Shown piece after piece: positions 57,203 through 64,000 of a DNA stretch of 64,000 nucleotides; positions within the stretch are counted from its first letter, which is position 1; the number at the start of each line of letters is the position of its first letter. Source of the DNA: Planctomycetota bacterium (GTDB taxonomy: Bacteria; Planctomycetota; UBA1135; UBA2386); the NCBI GenBank assembly GCA_965228735.1, contig OZ245838.1, positions 1,728,001-1,792,000 on the forward strand, read 5' to 3'. The position numbers and the translations under genes were made by a program. Under the pieces are notes generated by a model. That model did no database searches, was not told the origin of the DNA, and worked only from the letters and a program-made list of their open reading frames with translations.

Positions 57203-59056
57203 TCACTGCGAACCCAGCTCCGGGCAGTCGAGCAGGCCGTCCTCACCGACGGTGCCGTCCTCGAACACGAGCGTGCGGTCGCCCGGCCGGCCTTCCATCG
57301 TGAGTCGCAACATCGTTCCGGCCGGTGAGGTCGCAGTGGCGGCGTCCGGCCCCACGATCGTCAGCGCGACGGCGAACGGCGGCGGCTCGGCACTCGGGCG
57401 GCAGGACGTGAACTTCCGGCTGCCGCGCCAGCGGACCTGCAGGATCGGTGCGTGATCCTCGAAGTCGAGCGCAAACCAGCTCTCGACCCGCCCGCGCTCC
57501 GCGATCGAACCGACGTACCGCACTCTCGCGAGGGCGCCGTGGTCCGCCAGCAGTCCGGCGACCGTCGTGCTCGCCGCGGTCGCCGCCGTTCCGCTCACGA
57601 AGCCGTCGTCGACGACCGTCGCATCACCGTCGGCGAGCCGCTCGAGGATGGCGATCCCGCGGTCCGCGTACTGCCCGGCCGCGGCACCGGTGCGGCCGGG
57701 CCAGACGCCTTCGAGCAGCCGCGTGGACGGTTCGACGCCGGCCGCGACGAGCTGCAGGGAGCCGCCGTCGTCGCGGATCTCGAAGCGGCCGCCGTTCGGC
57801 ACGGTGAACGTGCCGACGAAGCGCGCCGCCACCTCGGCGTCGATCGCACCGCCCGCCGTCGGACTGCCGGCCTTCGAACTGCCAGCCTTCGAAGTGGCCG
57901 TCGGCGGCGGCGTTGTTGTCGGCGCCGGCGGCTCCGAGGCACCCGCGCCGTCCCCCACACCGGGGCCGCCGCTCCGGAACGCCGGCGCGAGCACCCCGAC
58001 CAACGCGACCTCGACCGCGTCGAGATCGCACGTATCGCCGGCGCAGAGCACGACCCAGCTGCGGGATTCCGGGTGAATCGTCCACCGCGTGCGGTAGCCC
58101 TCACACCGACCGTCGATCCGCCGCAGACGCGTGCCGAGGAGATCCGCCTGCTCCACCCGCAACCGACCAGCCGGCACGGGCCGCCACCAGAGATCGCGTT
58201 CGCGCGCGTCGAGCAACTTGCCGCCGGTCACGCCGGCGAGCAGCGCGTGGACATCGAGCGCAGTCGCGAGCACGCCGCTGACCCCGCGTTGATGCCAGTT
58301 GAAGAACAGCTTGTCGGCGCGCTCGTCGCCCTTCAGGCTGCGGCGGGTCGTCAGGTACTTGCTCGAGAAGCTGCCACCGAGCACGTCCGCGTCCTTCATG
58401 CCGAACGGCTTCAGCACGTGCCGTCGCAGCGCGCGCTCGAAACCGCCGGCCGCGCTCTCGACGAGCAGCGCGAGCAGGATCGGGTTGAGGTCCGTGTAGC
58501 GCCGATCGACGCCCGGCTGCCCCACGACCGGCGCGTTCGCCACGGCAGCGAGGGCGAGCCGCGCGGACATGCCGCTGCCGCGCGGCCACTTGCCCTTCAC
58601 GGACATCCCGGACGAGTGGCGCAGCAGCTGGTCGATCGTCAGCTCCCGATCGGCCGGCCAGTCCGCCAAGTGGCGGCGAACCGGATCCTCGAGGGCCAGC
58701 GTGCCGTCGCTCGCGAGCCGCAGAACGAGCAGCGCCGTCAGCATCTGCCCGGCGGCGCCGAGGTCGAACAGCGATCGCGTGGACATGTCGCGCCGGCGGC
58801 GTCCGGACGTGCTGCGATCGGCCGGCCCGAACCCGCGCGCGAACACGACCTCGGCATCGCTCGCGGCGAGCATCACGCCCCAGAACGGGGACTCTTTCTC
58901 GATCTGAGAAACGGTCTCGAGCGCGGCCCGCTCGAGCTGTTCGCCGAGATCACCGCGAACCACGGTCCCAGGGGGCCGCGACTGCGCGTTCGCCGCCAGC
59001 GCCAGCACGACGGCGGTGAGTCCCGGAGCGAACACCAGAGTCCGAAGGTTGCGCAC
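57203..59056 (-). CDS. Beta-lactamase/serine-hydrolase fold protein with a degenerate active site
   Basis: LFDLGAAGQ in place of F.xGSxxK; LTIDQLLRHSSG; VLKPFGM; start GTG inferred. Confidence 0.72.
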   Translation of the reverse strand: MRNLRTLVFAPGLTAVVLALAANAQSRPPGTVVRGDLGEQLERAALETVSQIEKESPFWGVMLAASDAEVVFARGFGPADRSTSGRRRRDMSTRSLFDLGAAGQMLTALLVLRLASDGTLALEDPVRRHLADWPADRELTIDQLLRHSSGMSVKGKWPRGSGMSARLALAAVANAPVVGQPGVDRRYTDLNPILLALLVESAAGGFERALRRHVLKPFGMKDADVLGGSFSSKYLTTRRSLKGDERADKLFFNWHQRGVSGVLATALDVHALLAGVTGGKLLDARERDLWWRPVPAGRLRVEQADLLGTRLRRIDGRCEGYRTRWTIHPESRSWVVLCAGDTCDLDAVEVALVGVLAPAFRSGGPGVGDGAGASEPPAPTTTPPPTATSKAGSSKAGSPTAGGAIDAEVAARFVGTFTVPNGGRFEIRDDGGSLQLVAAGVEPSTRLLEGVWPGRTGAAAGQYADRGIAILERLADGDATVVDDGFVSGTAATAASTTVAGLLADHGALARVRYVGSIAERGRVESWFALDFEDHAPILQVRWRGSRKFTSCRPSAEPPPFAVALTIVGPDAATATSPAGTMLRLTMEGRPGDRTLVFEDGTVGEDGLLDCPELGSQ

Positions 59057-59092
59057 GCGCGCAGCATAGACGGCTATGCTGCTACTGTCCTC

Positions 59093-59752
59093 ATGCGCCC
59101 CCCCTCCGCAGCACCCGTCCCCGCCGCCGCTCCCGTCGTTCGTCGCGGGCTGCACCGGTCCACGCGTTCGCCGCTCAGCGTGTTGCTCGTCGTGGTCGCG
59201 GCGTGTTGCGGACAGCGCGCCGTCGAGCCACTGCCGACCGCGGGCGGCGACCCGACCGCCGCCGTCTCACCGACCGAGGAAGCCGCGCGACCGACGGTGC
59301 GGGTCGACCGCCTGCATCCGCTCGCCCATCGGCTGCTCGACGACACGGCGACGGACCAGGATCTGCGCGCCGCCCGCGCCGAGCCCGATCCGGTCGTCAA
59401 CGACCTCCTCACCCTGGCGCTCACGAGCGACGCGAGCGCGGTCAGCCGCGCGACCGCGGCGCTCGAACGGGTCGGCCCGGAAGCGGTCTCGGCACTGACG
59501 ACCGCGCTCGGCTCGGGTGACGTCCGTCGTCGCCGCATCGCGGCGCTCGCGTTGCTGCAGCTCGCGGCCGAGTTGCACAGTCGCCCCGACGCGAGTCAGC
59601 CCGACCTCGCAGCCGCGCTCGCCGCGGCCCGCGCGGACAGCGACCCGGCCGTCGCCGCCGCCGCCAAGCACGCGCACCGCCGCCTCACCGGCGAGATGAC
59701 GCTCGTGCAGTCGACGCGCACGCCGCCGAGCGCGCCGGCGAACGAACGCTGA
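59093..59752 (+). CDS. HEAT-repeat protein, possible lipoprotein
   Basis: AALERVGPEAVSALTTAL and DSDPAVAAAA; VAAC; start uncertain. Confidence 0.55.
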   Translation: MRPPSAAPVPAAAPVVRRGLHRSTRSPLSVLLVVVAACCGQRAVEPLPTAGGDPTAAVSPTEEAARPTVRVDRLHPLAHRLLDDTATDQDLRAARAEPDPVVNDLLTLALTSDASAVSRATAALERVGPEAVSALTTALGSGDVRRRRIAALALLQLAAELHSRPDASQPDLAAALAAARADSDPAVAAAAKHAHRRLTGEMTLVQSTRTPPSAPANER

Positions 59753-59771
59753 GGCGCACCTCGACCTCGGC

Positions 59772-61565
59772 TCATTCCGGCTCGGGTTCGCGGATCGAGG
59801 CGACCATCGCCTGGACCTTCGCGGACGGCTTCGGGAACAGCGGCGTGAGGCCGAGCGCCACCCCGAAGTTGATGACCATGCCGACGATGCCGATGCCCTG
59901 CGGATTGATGCCGAAGCACCAGTGGGAGTGACCGAGGTAGACCGTGCCGAGGATGTAGTAGCCGGTGAACCCGATGCCCGCGAGCATGCCGGCGACCGCG
60001 GGGACCGCGCTCGTGCGCGCACCGAAGATGCCGAGCACGAGGATCGGGAAGAACGACGACGCGGCCAGCCCGAACGCGAACGCGACGACCTGCGACACGA
60101 AGCCCGGCGGATAGATGCCGAAGACGCCGGCGACGACGACCGCGAGCCCGATCGTGATGCGTGACACGCGCAGGCGTTGCGCCTCCGTCGCATCGGGACG
60201 CAGCATCCGATAGTAGAGATCGTGCGCGATGCTGCTGCTGATCACGAGCAGCAGACCCGACGCCGTCGACAGCGCCGCCGCGAGCCCGCCGGCCGCGACG
60301 AGCGCGATGATCCACGCCGCGAGCTGCGCCATCTCGGGCGTCGCGAGCACCATGATGTCCGGATCGGGCCCGCTGAGGCCGGCGGCCGTCATCGTGACCC
60401 GGCCATCGGTGCCGCGCGCACCGTCGCTCTCGAGCCACGTCGCGTGCTCGGCGCGGATGTCCGCGAACTCGATCGCGGACAGCTTGCCCATGCGGAAGAG
60501 CTCGTTCTGCGCCTGCTGCTCCGGCCCGTGATACTCGAGCCTGCCATCGCCGTCGTCGAGCCAGACGACGAGGCCGATCTCCTCCCACGTGCGATACCAC
60601 GTCGGCAGTTCGGCCGCGGTCTTGTGCTGCAGGCTCTCGAACACGTAGTAGCGCGCGAACGCGCCGGTCGCGGGCGCCGTGAGGTAGAGCAGCCCGATGA
60701 AGAACAGCGCGAAGAAGCCCGACCAGCGCGCCGCCCCGACGCTCTTCACGGTGTAGAAGCGCACGATCACGTGCGGCAATCCCGCGGTGCCGACCATGAG
60801 CGCCGCGGCGGTGCAGAACACGTTGAGCTGATCCCAGCGCCCGGTGAACGCGGTCGTGTAGTCGGCGAAGCCGAGGTCGCGGTGGATCTCGTCGAGCTTC
60901 TGCAGCACGGGCACGCCGCTCTCGAGCGTGCCGCCGAGGCCGACCTGCGGCACCGGGTCGCCCGTGAGCCGCCAGCTGATCGCCACGGCGGGGATCACGA
61001 ACGCGGCGATGAGCACCCAGTACTGCGCGACCTGCGTCCACGTGATGCCCTTCATCCCGCCGAGCGTCGCGTAGACGAACACGAGCGCCATGCCGATCAT
61101 CACGCCGACGTCGACATCGACCTCGAGGAAGCGCGCGAACACGATGCCGACGCCGCGCATCTGACCGGCGACGTAGGTGAAGCTCACGAACAGAGCACAG
61201 AGCAGCGCAGCGAGGCGCGCGGCCGACGACTCGTAACGATCACCGACGAAGTCCGGCACCGTGAAGTGGCCGAACTTGCGCAGGTACGGCGCGAGCAACA
61301 CCGCGAGCAACACGAAGCCACCCGTCCACCCGATGAGGTAGACGCCGCCCGCGTAGCCGAGGACCGAGATGAGCCCGGCCATCGACAGGAACGACGCGGC
61401 CGACATCCAGTCCGCCGCGGTCGCCATGCCGTTGGCGAGCGCGGGCACGCCCTGGCCCGCGACGTAGAACCCCTTGGTGTCGCGCACCCGCGCGCGCCAC
61501 GCGAGGAACAGGTAGAGACCGAAGGTCAGCCCGACGAACAGGAACGTCCAGGTCTGGACCGTCAC
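59772..61565 (-). CDS. Sodium:solute symporter (ActP-like)
   Basis: NGMATAADWMSAASFLS, APYLRKFG.FTVPDF, GTAGLPHVIVRFYT. Confidence 0.93.
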   Translation of the reverse strand: MTVQTWTFLFVGLTFGLYLFLAWRARVRDTKGFYVAGQGVPALANGMATAADWMSAASFLSMAGLISVLGYAGGVYLIGWTGGFVLLAVLLAPYLRKFGHFTVPDFVGDRYESSAARLAALLCALFVSFTYVAGQMRGVGIVFARFLEVDVDVGVMIGMALVFVYATLGGMKGITWTQVAQYWVLIAAFVIPAVAISWRLTGDPVPQVGLGGTLESGVPVLQKLDEIHRDLGFADYTTAFTGRWDQLNVFCTAAALMVGTAGLPHVIVRFYTVKSVGAARWSGFFALFFIGLLYLTAPATGAFARYYVFESLQHKTAAELPTWYRTWEEIGLVVWLDDGDGRLEYHGPEQQAQNELFRMGKLSAIEFADIRAEHATWLESDGARGTDGRVTMTAAGLSGPDPDIMVLATPEMAQLAAWIIALVAAGGLAAALSTASGLLLVISSSIAHDLYYRMLRPDATEAQRLRVSRITIGLAVVVAGVFGIYPPGFVSQVVAFAFGLAASSFFPILVLGIFGARTSAVPAVAGMLAGIGFTGYYILGTVYLGHSHWCFGINPQGIGIVGMVINFGVALGLTPLFPKPSAKVQAMVASIREPEPE

Positions 61566-61912
61566 AGCTCGCCTCCGGCGGCAGCGGCGCGCAGCTGCGC
61601 GAGCACGCGGCGATAGCGGCGGTCGAGCAAGGCCATGCCCACGGCATACACGAAGATCAGCGCGACGAACGCGATGATCGCGCCCTGCTGCGCGAACCAG
61701 AACCCGAGCGGGAAGCCGCCGAGGCGGTGCTCGTTCAACGGCTCGGCGAAAAGCACGCCGCAGCCGAGACCGGCAACGAACCAGCCGACGAGCAGCACCA
61801 GGGTGAAGATCACGTTGCGGCGCCAGTAACCGGCGTTCGCGGCCGCGATCACGGCTGGATCGACGTTCTGGTTCGCGATCGGCGCGCTGGCCGGGTCCGA
61901 GTCCGAGGGCAT
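61562..61912 (-). CDS. SSS small subunit (DUF4212-like)
   Basis: YWRRN, GGFPLGFWFAQQG; GTGA overlap with the symporter. Confidence 0.88.
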   Translation of the reverse strand: MPSDSDPASAPIANQNVDPAVIAAANAGYWRRNVIFTLVLLVGWFVAGLGCGVLFAEPLNEHRLGGFPLGFWFAQQGAIIAFVALIFVYAVGMALLDRRYRRVLAQLRAAAAGGEL

Positions 61913-61955
61913 CCGAGGATGGTAGTAGCGCGCCCGGACCGCTTCACCTGTCGGC

Positions 61956-63998
61956 TCAGGCGACGCGACCGCGCAGCACGGCGACCCGTTCGACGACAGC
62001 CAGCAACAGCACGAGGGCGAGCGCGCCGAGCGCCCAGTCGGGCAGCCGCGACGTCGTCCGCCGAACGAGCGCCGGCGCGGGCGCGGTCGCTGCCGCGGTG
62101 ACGCGGTCGCCGCCGAGGCGTTCGAACGCGGCGATCCCGGCCGGCAACGGCGCGGGTTCGTCGAGCTCCCACGACAGCGCGACCGGCGTCGGCTCCGCAT
62201 CGCGCTCCGCCCGCATCACGTGCTGCACCCAGAGCGTGAGCCGGGCGGGGAACGCCGACTCGCCGCGCATCTCCGCCCCCGCCCCACCGAACAGATCGGC
62301 GGCGAACGCGCCGATGCGCCCGAGCCCGCGATTGCCGAAACAAAGCAGCGGCCAGCCGTCGTCGCCCGCGACGAGCAGCACCGCGGCGTCGAGCGGCGCG
62401 GTCGTCGGCACCGCCGCGCCGAGCGTCGGCCAGGTCGTGCCCGCCGCGGGCCGCGGCAAGAGCAACGGTGAGCGCGCGACCGCGCGCACGGGCACCCGCT
62501 GCGGCGGCTCCGGCTCCGGCTTCTCCGCCTCCTCCGGCTCGGGATCATCGGGCGGATCGTCCACCGGGTCATCCGGTGGCTCGGTCATCGAGTCGGGGGC
62601 CGGCTCGCCATCGCCCTCGCCGTCCCCTTCCCCTGGCCCACCACCGCCACTTCGCCCCGCGCGATCGAGCGACCGCGCGACCTCGGCGCTCACGAACACC
62701 GGCACCTGGTCCGCCGCCGGGATCTCGAAGAACTGCCCGCCGCCGTCGTTCGTGATGCTCAGCGCGTCTTTCGCGAACTCGGTGTTCGTCGTCTCGTCGA
62801 CGATCGACAGGATCGAACACGAGATGCCCTGCTCGCGGAACAGCCGGTGGGCCAGCGCGCGCAGCGCGAACGTCTCTTCCATCCGGAACTCGCCGTCCGT
62901 GACGACGACGATGTGTTTCACCGCGACCTGTGCCGGCGCGAGCAGCTCGCCCGCCCGCTGCAGGCCCGCGAGCAGGAACGTGTTGTCGAGCCCGTGGGCG
63001 AGCCGCGCGACCCCGGCCCGGATCGCCGCGCCGTCCTCGGCATTCGTGAGCGGCAGCTCGACGCGCGCCGCGTTCTTGTTGCCGAACGTCACGATGCCGA
63101 CCTGATCGTCCGCGGTCAGTGCGCGCGCGCTCTCGAGCGCGCTCGTCTTCGCGTAGCTCATCTTGGAGCGCCGCTCCGGGCCGACGACGATGCCCATGCT
63201 GCCCGAGCGATCGACGACGAGGACCATCGCGATCGAGCGCTTGTCGACCTCGATCGGGTCCTCGCTCACGGGCGTCGGGTCCTCGATCTCGCCGGTCGGC
63301 GGCGGGCGGTCGGCCGGCGTGGGCTGCGGCGGCGTCGGGTCGGCCGGGACTGGGTCCGCCGTCGGGTCGGGCTGGGTCGGGTCGGGCTGAGTCAGCGAAT
63401 CCGGCGTCGACGACGGTGCGGTTGCGCCCCCGCCCGCGCCGGCGGTGCCGCCACCCTCGATGCGAGCACCGGCAGCCCCGCGCGGCTCGGGCAGGAGCGG
63501 CAGCGCATCGAAGAGCGGCTCGCCCGGAGAGCCGAAGCCCGGCGCGAGAACGAAGACACCGAGGCCGTCGGTCATCGCGTCCGCGATCACCCGCTGCGCG
63601 TTGGCCGGCAGCTCCGCGCCGACCACGACTGCCGCGAGGCCTTCGAGTTCGGCAGCCCCGATCGCTCGACGGGCAGCCGGAACGTCGACCGCGACCCCCT
63701 GCGCCGCGAGCGCCGCCGCCGCGTTGCCGCTCGGCTCGAGCACGAGAACACGGGGTGCCGGCCGGGCATCGAACGCGCCCGTGTACGTCAGCTGCCGATC
63801 CGGCACCTGCACCGCGAGCGTCACGCGATGGCGACCCGCCCGCGTCGGCACGAACGATGCCTTTGCGGGCCGGTCCGCGCGCAGCACGGCGGTCTTCTCG
63901 AGCACGCGACCGACCGCGTCGAGCACCGTGAGCGTGACCGGGTAGTCGCCGGCGATCGGCGTGCCCCCAACCCGCGGCGACCGGACCTCGCGCGGCAA
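61956..63998 (-). CDS. VWA-domain membrane protein (5' end outside the window)
   Basis: MIDAS motif VVDRSGSM, VVVTDG, Pro/Asp-rich linkers, C-terminal TM ending VER. Confidence 0.82.
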   Translation of the reverse strand: MPREVRSPRVGGTPIAGDYPVTLTVLDAVGRVLEKTAVLRADRPAKASFVPTRAGRHRVTLAVQVPDRQLTYTGAFDARPAPRVLVLEPSGNAAAALAAQGVAVDVPAARRAIGAAELEGLAAVVVGAELPANAQRVIADAMTDGLGVFVLAPGFGSPGEPLFDALPLLPEPRGAAGARIEGGGTAGAGGGATAPSSTPDSLTQPDPTQPDPTADPVPADPTPPQPTPADRPPPTGEIEDPTPVSEDPIEVDKRSIAMVLVVDRSGSMGIVVGPERRSKMSYAKTSALESARALTADDQVGIVTFGNKNAARVELPLTNAEDGAAIRAGVARLAHGLDNTFLLAGLQRAGELLAPAQVAVKHIVVVTDGEFRMEETFALRALAHRLFREQGISCSILSIVDETTNTEFAKDALSITNDGGGQFFEIPAADQVPVFVSAEVARSLDRAGRSGGGGPGEGDGEGDGEPAPDSMTEPPDDPVDDPPDDPEPEEAEKPEPEPPQRVPVRAVARSPLLLPRPAAGTTWPTLGAAVPTTAPLDAAVLLVAGDDGWPLLCFGNRGLGRIGAFAADLFGGAGAEMRGESAFPARLTLWVQHVMRAERDAEPTPVALSWELDEPAPLPAGIAAFERLGGDRVTAAATAPAPALVRRTTSRLPDWALGALALVLLLAVVERVAVLRGRVA

Positions 63999-64000
63999 CC

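Noticed and set aside
62500..63420. Pro/Asp-rich short repeats (PDPTQ, DDPP) in the VWA gene
   Set aside because: Ordinary low-complexity linker coding, not a DNA-level element.

Overview
High-GC bacterial DNA, probably from a Planctomycetota-like organism (inferred from gene content, not verified), with about 50 genes. Positions 1-12.1 kb hold a minus-strand copper/heavy-metal resistance block: a multicopper oxidase, two TolC-like factors and a CusA/CusB-type RND pump. This block contains a 164-bp MITE and ends at a degenerate tRNA-Pro 3' fragment that looks like the attachment scar of a genomic island. The rest is mixed chromosome: an ECF sigma / anti-sigma / CHAT-protease module, an ATP-grasp / CocE / Ddl-like cluster, a two-component system with a TonB receptor behind a Fur-like box, galM, a di-heme peroxidase, an SSS transporter, and many secreted proteins sharing a C-terminal motif. 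The strongest discovery candidate is the operon at 31.0-35.3 kb: beta-barrel porin, DsrE-like protein, TusA-OsmC fusion, core-MetE-like zinc enzyme and Cys-rich TusA protein. The MetE-like gene is split by one in-frame TGA that is followed directly by a bacterial SECIS-like hairpin, so it is probably a selenoprotein in a sulfur/selenium relay system. All family assignments come from motif recognition by eye; no searches were run.
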